Source: Felis catus (Eukaryota). Taken from it: a stretch of 64,000 nt of DNA. The notes beneath the pieces were generated by a model, which searched no databases, was not told the origin of the DNA, and saw only the letters and a program-made list of their open reading frames with translations. The position numbers and the translations under genes were made by a program. Below, in pieces: positions 1-11,675 of the stretch; positions within the stretch are counted from its first letter, which is position 1; each line of letters opens with the position of its first letter. Location: positions 248,001-312,000 of the forward strand of contig NC_058372.1 of NCBI RefSeq assembly GCF_018350175.1, in the 5' to 3' direction.

Positions 1-76
1 AGGAAGAGAAAGACAGAATCATGTACTAATTTCCAGGCTTTGATACATTTGCAAGATAGATAAATACTGTATTATT

Positions 77-330
77 TCACTCATGTACAGTATTTAAGAA
101 ACAAAACAAATGAGCAAAGGAAAAAGAGAGAGAGAGACAAGCCAAGAAACAGACCCTTAACTGCAGAGAACATACTGGTGGTTCCCAGAGAGGAGGTGGG
201 TGATGAGGAAGAAGGATGCACCTGTTGTGAGGAGCACTGGGTGACGGGTGGACGTGTGGAATCACACTACATTGTGCACGTGACACTGATACTACACTGT
301 TGACTATACTGGAATTTAAATTTTAAAAAC
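77..330 (+). mobile_element. LINE-1 3' end (carnivore L1)
   Basis: Typical carnivore L1 3' UTR (aagaaacaaaacaaatgagcaaagg...gagcactgggtg...ggaatttaaa); a very similar copy lies at 6762-7046. Confidence 0.8.
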
Positions 331-789
331 CATGATTACAAAAGTCTCATAAAATATACATATATCTGCAGGATAATTATCAGGGATGCAAAGCCTGATG
401 ACATTTCTCACCAAATGTCTAGTTCAACCAGGGGAACCATATAGTCTCAGTCCTGGGGGCTGTCAGGCCCACGTCCAGCCTACAGACGAGCATAAAATGA
501 AATTACATTTCAGATATTTCTATATGAAATCGTCAGGGAAAATGTATTACAAAACTGTTGTTAAATAAAGATGGAATCGAAAGGCATAGAGTTAACAATA
601 TACAGGAAATATAGGCATGGTCGGCAGTTAGAAGCGTTTTTGTGGATGCTTTGATGTTTGTGGTCAGCTTTTTAATATTTGTAATTTGTCGTCATTGCAA
701 GTAAATATGTACTTTAGCTCCTAATTTTACAAATTCTCATTTTTGGATCCTTTCTCTGGAAAAGGCCCAACGATGTGTCAGCTCCAGCC

Positions 790-1430
790 CACAAACCTGG
801 AGCGCCCCCCCCGCCCCAACGAAGGTCGGGAGATGGTGAGTGTCACGCAGCCAGCACCGCGGACTCGAGGCCCTAACGCAGAACTGGGGGCGGGGTCCGC
901 GCGGCGGGGTAGGTGCAGTGGGGGTGCGCAGAGGCAGGTGCTGCAGCAGGCGCGGCGGCAGGTGTCAGGTCCGCAGAGGCAGGCGCGCCCCCAGCACCAC
1001 GATCCGGCCCGCGCTCCCCGCAGTTTTCCGTCCTACCCGCGCACCTGCCAAGTTCCAGGCAACGCTTTACCTCCACTGAAAGTGGGGCAATATAATCAGG
1101 ATTGCCCCCAAATCCGTCGTGCTTTTTTAAACGCACTCAGTCCCCTACGCGCGGAGGGCGCGCTCCTGGCTCATTCGCGCGCGCGCCCAACGGCGGTCCG
1201 TGCCCCAACAACCCCAACGTTCCCAACTGCCACCCGACCACAGCCCCCCAACGACAGACGGTCACCCGACCACGGCCACCCGGCCACCCTACACTCGGCC
1301 GCTCACCGGACGGGCCAGCAGCCCCTGGCCCGCCCGACGCCGCAGGCCTGTGAACCTGGGTCTCGACCCTCCAGACAGAGAGACTCGCCCCCCAGCGCCC
1401 TGAGGGTGGTCACCAAGCAAGTTCCGTAAG
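790..1430. promoter_or_regulatory. Orphan CpG island
   Basis: High GC and CpG density with a GC box (gggggcgggg); no recognisable coding exon attached. Confidence 0.6.
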
Positions 1431-2879
1431 TGACTCTGGAAAAGATTAACACTTGATTTCCCACAAGAGAGGCAGCCTCAGAAACCGGCCTCTGAACTTT
1501 GCCCTGCAGGACCTCAGCCTTTCAACTCACCCCGGTTCTGGCCCATTTATCAAGAGCCCTAGGAACCGTGGGGCCCAAACCGATGGAATGGAAAAGCTTT
1601 GCTCAGACGCGGAGCCCGCGGAAATCTTTGTTCACTTACAGGTTTTTAATGCATCATTAGCACCACTGCGTGTGTCCTGTTTGGCTCCTCTTTCTGCCTC
1701 TAGAGCTTGCTCAGCTCCCATCACCGTGTCGCGTCCTGGTCTGCAAACTGAGACCTATCAGGGGCTCTGGTGCCACAGGGCATCCCCTTATGCTGGTGTT
1801 GCACTGAAGCTAGAATTTTTGGGTTCCAGCCTATGCACTGAGCCTGGGAAGGAGGACATCTCCGAGCCCAGCTCTTCTGGAAGCTAGAAATGAGTCCCAG
1901 CCCTGACGGGGGTGCGGGGTGGGGGTGGGGCTATAAGCGTGCACAAGGAAAGTCCCTGCGGACTTGACTACTGAAGAAAACAGGTTTTCCAAAGGAAGCT
2001 CCACAGGAGGACAAAGCGCCAGAAAACCCGAGGCCTGGATCAGAAGCGTTTCCGTTTCCGCCGGCCGCCAGGGGTGCACTGAGCACCTCCCGCTTCCTGT
2101 AAGTGCAGACAACTAAAGAATCTGGATAAAATATTTTCAGAGTACTCCAAAAATGGAAAGTTTGGGGAAGGAAAGGGCACTGTAGAGGTGAGCCGGGCGC
2201 TTGGGGCTGCTTCTGGGACATTTGCTGGTTCTGCAGATTGTGGACTTCCCGGGCTGTATTTTCGGCAGCCTTTGAAGGAACTAGAAGTGAAGTCCCAGGC
2301 CCCAAAATGTCGTGTTGAACTTGTTTAAGGCGACTCTAGACTGCCAGTGTCAAAAACGAACATCTTTCTGGGTGTGGTAGGCCTAGTATTTCTACAGATA
2401 TGTTTTCACATATCTAGCTCACAGGTGGAAATCACCAGGCCCCAGAGGGGAAGAGACCAGCAGGACGGGAAGCAGAAATGAGAGAAGAGAAGGAGACCCA
2501 CAGAGGACTTCAGACATTGGGGTCACTGGACACGGACAGTGCTATATTGGAGAAAATAAAGGCCAAGCTGGAAAGATCCAGCAGAGAACTAGGAATTACA
2601 AGATGCACAGCAGATTTAGCGAGGGGAGCAAGACTGAGGCCGTGCTGGGCACGACAGTCATACAGTCATGGGAACGGGGTGTGGTGGCCTTGCTGGTGCA
2701 TCTGTGACCAGGAATTGGAAAGATCACAGCCACGTGGAGAGAGTCGCTGACCATTTCCAGTTCAGCTTCTCTCAAGACAAAATGATATAACCAAAAAAAT
2801 GAAACGATGTAATTTTTACGATGTAATTTAATTTTTAAAAGGTTATATACATTCACTTGATTCAAACATTAATACACAA

Positions 2880-3075
2880 GGGGCGCCTGGGTGGCTGAGT
2901 CAGTTAAGTGACCAACTCTTGATTTTGGCTCAGGTCATGATATCACAGTTCATGGGTTCAAGCCCCACATTGGGCTCTGCACTGACAGCACAGAGGCTGC
3001 TTGGGATTCTCTCTCTCTCTCTCTGTGCCTCCCTCCTCTCTCCCTCTGTCTCTCAAAATAAATACTTTTTAAATG
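2880..3075 (+). mobile_element. Can-SINE (SINEC)
   Basis: tRNA-derived head ggggcgcctgggtggctgagtcagtt, (CT)n tract, aaataaa tail. Confidence 0.9.
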
Positions 3076-3827
3076 TTTTAAAAAATTAGTACATGAAAAG
3101 ATGTACATCAAAAAATTTACAACCACCCCGCCTCTGTTCACACCTCTGCCATGACCCTCTCCTTGCCCCACAGGGAAACACGTTTATTAGTTTCCTTTGT
3201 GTCCTCTCATTGTGTCTTTATAAAAGGAGTGAATCAAGTATATATTTGTATTTCTCCCTTTTATTAAGGAAAATTTGCACAGTAAACACTGTTGTATTTT
3301 TACTTAAGAATATAGCCTGAAGATTTTTGTCTAACCCTCTATAAAATGTCTCAGTTTAATATAGCAACAAAAATTAGCGATTTTGCACCAGCTTGGGTGC
3401 TGATGATGGCCAGATGGGGAAACAAGGTCATGTGAGAACCTTTATGCTCAGTGTTAAAGGGAGAACTTTCCCAGGACTGGGCTCTGGGCAGGGTTACACT
3501 GCCACCCTGTGTGTGGTGTGTGGCTGCCTCCCCACCTGTGACAGCTGCCGGGCCACCTTTCCCACGTTTTGTTGTGATGCAGGATGTTAAGTTGGGAGTG
3601 TCTGGGCAGCCAGGGCCAGCAGCTGTCCCGTGCTACCTTGGCCAGAGATATCGCTGGAGACTGGGGAGGGGGAGGGTCAACCTGCCCCTGCAGACTCAGC
3701 AGAAAGTCTTAAGTTGATTTCATAAACTGGACCATGAAACTGACCTGGGACCAGCAGCAAGCGGCAATCAGGTCCCTAGGGAGCTAATGGGTACCAGGAC
3801 ACTGTGAAGCCAAGAGTAAGCCAGACA

Positions 3828-4030
3828 GGGGCGCCTGGGTGGCTTGGGCAGTTACGCGTCCAACTTTGGCGCAAGTCATGATTTCACAGTTTGTGAGTTT
3901 GAGCCCCGCATCAGGCTCTGTGCTGACAGCTCAGAGCTTGGAGCCTGCTTTGGATTCTGTGTCTCCCTCTCTCCCTGCCCCTCCCCTGCTCATGCTCTGT
4001 CTCAAAAATAAACATTGAAAAAATTTTTTA
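3828..4030 (+). mobile_element. Can-SINE (SINEC)
   Basis: Full head/CT/A-tail structure; TSD aagagtaagc(c/t)agaca at 3812-3827 and 4031-4046. Confidence 0.9.
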
Positions 4031-4449
4031 AAGAGTAAGCTAGACAAATAGGGAGGCATTTCTTGTTTGCAACAGAAGCTGTCCATTTTAAAAGCCCCCC
4101 TAAATTATCCAACATGTAAAGCAAACCAATAAAATGTAAATTTTGACACTTGGGTTAAAAAAAATTGACAAATGACATTTGATCTCAAGATAGCTGGGAG
4201 AGTTTCTTTTCCGGGGAGAATTTCAGACCCTTTGGAAACATTGACCTTTTTACCTGACTCTCCAGGGTCAGCAGCGTCTGATCAAAGGTACATTCTTTAT
4301 GTACAGGAAAGTCCTAGGCCAAGGTCAGGAGAGGCCCCCTAACTACTCCCATGCCCACCCCACCCCGAGGCAACCGTGCAGAGAAGCTTGTCTAAGATTC
4401 AGGAAAATGGAGAAGATAACTCCAGCCAATGGGGAAGGAAGATTACTTA

Positions 4450-4603
4450 GTGTCACTAGATAAAGTACAGAGAGGATGCTCAGATAAACTTGAACTTCAG
4501 ATAATTTTTTAGTATAAGTATGTCTCAAATAATTGCACTATCACCTGAAATTCAGATCTAGCTGGGCATTCTGTGCTTTTATGTGCAAGATCTGGCAAGC
4601 CTA
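4450..4603. mobile_element. Small hAT-type DNA transposon (MER53-like)
   Basis: Core ttttttagtataagtatgt and end atctggcaagccta; a related copy flanks the gap at about 28268-28802. Confidence 0.5.
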
Positions 4604-6047
4604 CTTGTCAAGTGTGGGTCCAGAATATCTGTCTGACTGGAGAAGGTAGTGTGTCCTGAGAGGGGGTTCAGGTGGAGGGCAGGGGCCCCTGGTGGCCTGT
4701 AAACACCAGCAGAACTTCAGACTCCATCCTGGAGGAAATAGGAGGTGATTTGGTTTTTCAGTAATATTGAGGGTTTGTCTAGTTGTAAAAACAAGTGTGC
4801 TAACTGCAATATACGTGGACAGCACAGAAGAGTGTAGGTTAGCTGTGCACCTGCCAAGCAGCAGGGGCAGCTGTGACATCTCACTGTTAACTGTCTGCAG
4901 GGTGTCGCGTAGTTAGTACCCGCTGGGCCTGATTCACGCTCTACTGAAAACTGGGCCCCTACCTCCTACCCCCTCCTGCTCTACTTTTCCTCCATGATCC
5001 GTACTATCTTCTAACGTGCATGGCGTCTGGTTAGCCCAGTCTGGCTGTCCCTGGTGGGTGATGTCACCAGTGCTTAGAACTGCGTCTGGCACGTGGAAAT
5101 GCTGAACACCTGTGATCAGGTGCACAGTCATTTTCTCTGAATGTTCTCACAAGCTGCCAGCACGCAGCCCAGAGAGATTGCCAGGGCCCCGCCCACCTGA
5201 GGGTCGTGAAGTTGCCTGCATGGAGAGTTTGTGATGTGTCTGGAGGGAGGTGCAAGAGGTGGGGAGAACCCCGCCCCCCCCCACACACACACACGCTGGT
5301 GAGGACCTGGGAACTCAGAGCTGGGGGTGAGACAGAGGACGGCTCCCGAGCCATACAGGAGTTAGTCTGGGCGGTGCAAGCAGCATACTTACTGTCTCAC
5401 AGCTGTGGGGGTTACAAGTCCATGATCAGTGTGGTTTGGGGCCCCTCCCCTTGGCTTGCCACTGTCCAGTTTCTTGCTATGTCCTCACATGGACTTTGCT
5501 CTGTACGGGGCATCTCTGATATCTCTGTGTCCTGATCCTCGCTCGTGAGGACACCAGTCAGACCAGATTAGAGCCCACCCTGGCGGTGTTACCATGCCTC
5601 CAGACGGCAGCTGCATAGAGAAGTAGTAGGGTTAGGGCTTCACCAGGTGCATTTCAGCCCAAAAAGATCTGAAGTGTGGAGGCCATGGGAGAGGCAGGCC
5701 TCAGCACCAGCCTAGCGTTCAGAAGGCAGGTGTCCTGCACACCCGAGTCCCCTCTGCTAACACCTCCCGCCACAGGATTTTCCAGCTACTGTCCTGGGTT
5801 CCTCCTGGAAGGCGGTCCAGTCTGTGGGTGTCTTTGTCAAGATGTGGCTCTCAGAGTGGGGAATTACAAAGGTCTCTGTGCTGGGATCCGGGCACAGCAA
5901 TTCTGTGGTACAAAAAGCTAAAACAGTCCGATGTCTTCTGACAGGAGTCTGTTTAGATCCTCAGCTGCAATCATATTTATGTTTCTGACCACTTTTCTCT
6001 GATGTCATATATTGCAGAAGTAGCATAATTATGGAGGGTAGGCAGAC

Positions 6048-6375
6048 TGTGTTCAGGTTCTCCGGAGAGACAGAGCCAACAGGATGCATAGAGAGAGCTT
6101 TAGAAGACTGGCTCATACCACTGTGGGGCTGGCAGGCTGGAATTCCGTGGGGCCGGCCGGCAGGTGGAGCCCCCAGGACCCGTTGATGTAGCGCCTGGAG
6201 GCAGAATTCTCTTTTCCAGGGGAACCTCAACTGATTGATGAAGCCCACCCACCCTAGGGAGGCTCATCTGCTTTACTCACCTAAACGTATCTTCACAGCA
6301 GCATCTACACTAGCCTTGACCAAATATCTGGGTACTGAAGTTTGGCTAAATTGACACACGAAATTAATTAACCAG
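6048..6375. mobile_element. MLT2-like ERVL LTR
   Basis: Diagnostic segments ggttctccggagagacagagccaacaggatg and aaattgacacacgaaattaa. Confidence 0.6.
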
Positions 6376-6409
6376 GCCCTCACGTAGGCCAATCCAATGA
6401 TTGAAACAC

Positions 6410-7046
6410 TATATTCCTTCTTTGGAGAAATGTCTGTTCATGTCTTCTGCCCATTTAAAAAAATTTTTATGTTTATTTATTTTTGAGACGGACAGAGACA
6501 CAGTGCAAGCAGGGGAGGGGCAGAGGGAGAGGGAGAGGGAGGCACAGAATCCGAAACAGGCTCCAGGCTCCGAGCTGTCAGCACAGAGCCCGACACAGGG
6601 CTCGAACCCACAAACTGCGAGATCATGACCTGAGCTGAAGTCGGATGCTTAACCGACTGAGCCACCCAAGTGCCCCATCTTCTGCCCATTTTTAATTGGA
6701 TTATTTGGGTTTTAGGTATTGAGTTGTATAAGTTCTTAACATATTTTAGATACTAACTCTTATGATTTCACCCATAGGGGGAATTTAAGAAACAAAACAA
6801 ATGAGCAAAGGGAAAAAAACAGAGAGAGGCAAACCAAGAAACAGACTCTTAACTGCAGAGAACATACTGGTGGTGACCAGGGGGGAGGTGGGGGGATGGG
6901 GGGGAATGGGTGATGGGGATTAAGGATGCTCCGGTGATGAGCACTGGGTGTTGTATGGACATGTGGAATCACTGTATTGTATACCTGAAACTAATATTAT
7001 ATAACATAACACTATGTTAACTAACTAGAATTAAAATAAAACACTT
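6410..7046. mobile_element. L1 with 5' inversion (antisense 6410-6760, sense 3' end 6762-7046), interrupted by an antisense SINE at 6458-6676
   Basis: tctttggagaaatgtctgttcatgtcttctgccca is antisense L1 ORF2 sequence abutting a sense L1 3' UTR; SINE TSD tcttctgcccattt. Confidence 0.7.
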
Positions 7047-7047
7047 A

Positions 7048-7270
7048 AGGGGCGCCTGGGTGGCGCAGTCGGTTGGGCGTCCAACTTCAGCCAGGTCACG
7101 ATCTCGCGGTCCGTGAGTTCGAGCCCCGCGTCAGGCTCTGGGCTGATGGCTCGGAGCCTGGAGCCTGTTTCCGATTCTGTGTCTGCCTCTCTCTCTGCGC
7201 CTCCCCCGTTCATGCTCTGTCTCTCTGTCCCAAAAAATAAATAAAAACGTTGAAGAAAAAAAATTTTAAA
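7048..7270 (+). mobile_element. Young felid SINE (SINEC_Fc-type)
   Basis: CpG-rich and nearly identical to copies at 27890, 32287 and 48370; TSD aaaataaaacacttaa. Confidence 0.92.
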
Positions 7271-8841
7271 AATAAAACACTTAATTTTAAAAACTGAAAA
7301 AAAAATTAAAATGAACAAATGAGTCAAGTAAGGACGAGGTCTCTCTGGATTCTCCCCCTCACCTCCCACCCCACTCCTGCACCTGGGGCAGGGGGTTCAG
7401 GCAGCTGGGGGTTTCTCCCAGCAAGAGGGAGCCTGCCAGGGTGTCTCCCCACCTGCACTGGCCCAGCCGCCTCTACGTTTATGCTCATGTCTTTTAATGG
7501 GTCTCTCAAGGGAGTAAAAGGAACGTCACATTTTGTTGGATTTTTTTTAATTGCATAATTGATCTTGTTTGTGAGCAATTCAGGCCCATGTTGTATAGCA
7601 TGCATTAACTATTACTTACAAATGGACTTCATTACTCCATGCATTTATTTTTAGGGTTGTTTTTCTCTGTTGTTTGTTTTAACAGGCCTGGTTTTTGTAG
7701 AGGACTTTAAACTTTGTACTCCTGTTAAGCGGGGTCATATGATAACCTCACTCAATCTACCAAGTCATTTTAATCATCAAGATATTTTAAACAGAGATGT
7801 TTTTATTTATTTCAATTTCTAATTCCTATTTTCAGCTAAGCACAATCTCTCTCTCCTAGGGAAACCAGGTGCAGGGAGTCTCTGTCCTCTTACCTTATTA
7901 CTCCTCCACAGTCCTTGACTTACCTGGACTCTGAAACCCTTTTCGGAATCTGGCTTACATTTTACTTTTCCGATAACATGCTTTCTAGTTGCCAGTTGAC
8001 TGCATTTTATATCACTTGCCTTCATGCTTTCTGATATAAGACAGTGACCATTCACATTCCTACCAGCAAAGTATGAAGGGCCCTTTTCCCCCCACATCCT
8101 TAACAGCTTTGGAAGTTTAAAAAAAAATTGCCAATCTGGGGAGTACAAAGTTTTATCTCATTATTATGTCTGTATCTCATTGTTTGTATTTTCCTGAGTA
8201 GTAGGGAGTTTGAACTTCTTTATTTTAAAATTTAAGAATTGCTTTGAATATATATTTATATCCTGTATTCATTTCTTATGTTTTTTCTTTTTTAACTAAA
8301 TTGTTTTATTTTGGAAAAAAATATGGAGAAGAATAGAAAGTAGTAATAAGCACCCTTGTAACCATAGGCTAGAATTAACGAATGTAAACATTTGCCAAAT
8401 TTGCTTTAGAGTTTTGTCAAATAAAATGAAATGTTAGAGATAAATTGGAGGCTCTGCTCCTCTCCCTCTGTCCCCAAGAGGAAATGCACCTGCGCACCGA
8501 ACATGTGCCTGCCTAGGCATGCACCTGTGCCTCCGTCACATACACATGAAACCACGGCCCTATGCAGTGCTTGGTGTGTTTGTAGATGTGTATAAATGAC
8601 CTCACGCTTGTTACTGTTTGAGACCTGCCATATGAATAAATGCAGAACCGAGGTTTTCGACCAGAGGCTTTGTCCCCCAGGGCAGAAAGGAAGGGCCACT
8701 AGTGAGTAACATGAAGACATATGAAAGCGTACAGCACACTGGGAAAGATGCAGACATAGTCAGATTCGGAATATCCTCACAATGTAACAGCGGTGTGTTC
8801 ACCACTTACCGCCAGCATAAAGGTTAAAAGACAAAAGTATT

Positions 8842-9036
8842 ATTTTCTAAGTTTATCTATTTTGACAGAGAGCACAAGTTGGGGTGGAGAAGAAAGAGAA
8901 GAGAAAGAACCCCAAGCAGGCTCCACACTGTCAGCACAGAGCCCGATATGAGGCTGGATCCCACAAACTGTGAGATCATGACCTGAGTCTAAACCAAGAG
9001 TCTGATGCTTAACCAACTGAGCCACCCAGGTGCCCC
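8842..9036 (-). mobile_element. Can-SINE
   Basis: Reverse-complement SINE ending gccacccaggtgcccc; TSD taaa(a/g)gacaaaagtatt. Confidence 0.88.
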
Positions 9037-9053
9037 TAAAGGACAAAAGTATT

Positions 9054-9255
9054 GGGGCACCTGGGTGGCTCAGTCGGCTGAGTGTCTGATTTCCGCTCAG
9101 GTCATAATCTCATGATTTGTGAGTTCAAACCCCGCATTGTGAGTTCGAGCCCTGCATCAGGCTCTGTGCTCCTGAAATCAATGTTGCACTATATGCTAAC
9201 TAATTTGGATGTAAATTTTAAAAAATTAAAAAGAAAAATTTTAAAAAAATTTTTA
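9054..9255 (+). mobile_element. SINE-head/L1-tail chimeric retroposon
   Basis: SINE head to about 9170, joined to an L1 3' terminus (ctgaaatcaatgttgcactatatgctaactaa) inside one TSD pair. Confidence 0.65.
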
Positions 9256-9271
9256 AAAGGACAAAAATATT

Positions 9272-11165
9272 AAAGAATAATTAGAACTACAGTAACTGGT
9301 TAATGGATATACAATATTAAAATATGCAAAATGTGACATCAAAAAACATAGAAGGGGGAGTAACAGGTAGAGTTTTGTATGTGAACAAAAATAAGTTGTT
9401 ATTTTTAAAAAATATCAAAAATAAGTTGATATTATAAGATGAAACAGACTAGACTGTTACATCTATAAGACGTTTCAAGTGAGCCTAAGTGTAGGCTAAA
9501 AAACTTGTAGTAGGGAAGGGAATAGAGTGTACCACTGTGGAAAATCATCGGTTTACAGAGGAAGGAAGCAAGACAGGGAAAGGGGAGATATCAAGCAGGC
9601 AAAAAGCAATTAACAAGATGGGAATACTAACTCCTTATCTATCAACAATCATTTTAAATGGAAACAGATTAAATTATTCAATCAAAAGGCCCAGAGTGGC
9701 ATTACTGGATCAATAAATAAGACCCAGTGATCAATGCTGCCTACAGGAGACTCCCATGTTGGCAGGAGCCAGTGTGGAAAACTATACAGGGGTGCCTCAC
9801 AGAATTAAAAATAGAAACACCATACAATCCAGTAATTCCATTGCTGAGTATTTACCCTAGGAAAATGAAAACAGTCATTGGAAAAGACATACACACTCTT
9901 ACGTTTACTGCAGCATCATTCACAATAGCAAAGATACGGAAGCAGCCCAGGTGTCCACGACAGATGAGTGGATAAAGAAGACGTCGTGTGTTTGATGGAA
10001 TGTTACCCAGCCACTAGAAAGATGAGATCTTGCCATTTGCAGCAACAGGGATGAACCTAGGGGTATCACATCAAGTGAAAGGAGTCAGAGAAATACTAAC
10101 ACTATATGACTTCACTTACACGCTGTAAAAACAAAACAAACAGAAGCATACTCGTAAATACAGAGAACAAACTCGTGGTTGCCAGTGAGGAGGGAGGTGG
10201 GGGGATGGACAAAATGTGAAGGGGATTATGAAGCACAAACTTCCAGTTATAAAGTAAGTGGGTCACAGGGACGAGAAGTACAGCATGGGGAACATAGTGA
10301 ATGACACCATAAAAACGTTGTGTGGTGACACATGGTGACTATACCTAGAGTGGTGAGCACTGCAAAATGTACAGAACTCTCGAAAAAAATGATCTACACG
10401 CGTGTGTATATGTGAATATTATTCAGCCATTTTAAAAAGGAAGGAAATCCTGCCATTTGCAACAACATGGATGGAACTTGAGGGCTTTGTGCTGAGCGAA
10501 ATTTCAGACAAAGAAAGAGAAATCCTGTATGGTCTCACTTGGATGTGGAGCCTAAAAACATCACACTTGGAGAAACAGAGAGGCAGTGGTTGGCGGGTGG
10601 GAGTGGGGGCTGGGGGATGGGAAGATGTCGGTGGGAAGGTACAATCCTCCCATTGGAAGATGGGTAGGGACACCTGGGTGACTCAGTCGGTTGCGCGTCT
10701 GACTTTGGCTCGGGCCATGATCTTACCGTTCATGGGTTCGAGCCCCGCATCGGGCTCTGTGCTGACAGCTCGGAGCCTGGAGCCTGCTTCGGATTCTGTG
10801 TCTCCCTCTCTCTCTGTCCCTCCCCCCTCGTAGTCTGTCGGTCTCTCTCTCTCTCAAAACTAAATAAACACTAAAAAAAAAAAGAAAGAAAAGAAAAGAA
10901 GATGAGTAAATTCCAGGGATGTGTGTACGGCTGGTGAGTGTAGCCAACAATATCTACCTTATACCTGAAAGTTGCTGCAAGAACACATTGTTAGTGTTCT
11001 GACCATAACAATAACAAAACGCTAATTATGTGAGGTGAAGAACATTAATTAATCTGTCATAAACATTTCACAATATATGCGTGTATCAAATCGTAACGTT
11101 GTGCACCTTAAACTTAGAGGATATAATATGTCAATTATATCTCAATAAAGCTGGAGAAAAAAAGT
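9272..11165 (+). mobile_element. Fragmented L1 (ORF2 and 3' UTR pieces) with a SINE inserted at 10667-10885
   Basis: ORF2 C-terminal motifs in the ORF track (ELKIETPYNPVIPLLSIYPR; EYYSAILKRKEILPFATTWMELE) and an L1M-type 3' end (tcaattatatctcaataaagct). Confidence 0.85.
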
Positions 11166-11439
11166 CAAATGCCTTCAGGGCCTGGGCAGACAAGAGGTAA
11201 TAGGGAGTCATGAGGAAAATAGCCACCTTCTCTAAAGGCACTTAAATTATCGTTATTTTTGTTTATTTTTTTAAGTGGCTTTACACCCAATGTGGGGACC
11301 AACGTGAGGCTCGAACTCACGACCCTGAGTTCACAGCCTGAACCGAGATCAAGAGTCTGACGCTGAACGGACTGGGCCTTCGTGGCCCCCCAAATTATCA
11401 TTATTTTTATTTTTATTTTATTTATTTTCTGTTAAAAAT

Positions 11440-11460
11440 TTTTTTTAGCATTTATCTATT

Positions 11461-11506
<46 letters not shown>

Positions 11507-11675
11507 CATGAGCAGAGAAGGAGCAGAGAGTGAGGGAGGCACAGAATCCAAAGCAGGCTCCAGGCTCCACACTGCCAGCACAGAGCTCGACACGGGGCTT
11601 GAACTCACAAACTGTGAGATCATGACCTGAGCCCAAGTGGGAAGCTTAACTGATTGAGCCACCCAGGCACCCCCC
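11440..11675 (-). mobile_element. Can-SINE with long (GA)n
   Basis: Reverse-complement SINE; an adjacent shorter SINE lies at about 11255-11390. Confidence 0.88.

Noticed and set aside
743-1429. 228-aa ORF and overlapping ORFs in the first CpG island
   Set aside because: GC-rich, stop-poor sequence with a non-ATG start and no recognisable domain or splice pattern.
2063-2082. CTCF-like site ggccgccaggggtgcactg
   Set aside because: Needs a one-base gap in the core to fit the consensus.
2880-2960. tRNA-like A/B-box sequences here and at many other SINE heads
   Set aside because: These are tRNA-derived heads of Can-SINEs followed by CT tracts and A tails, not tRNA genes.
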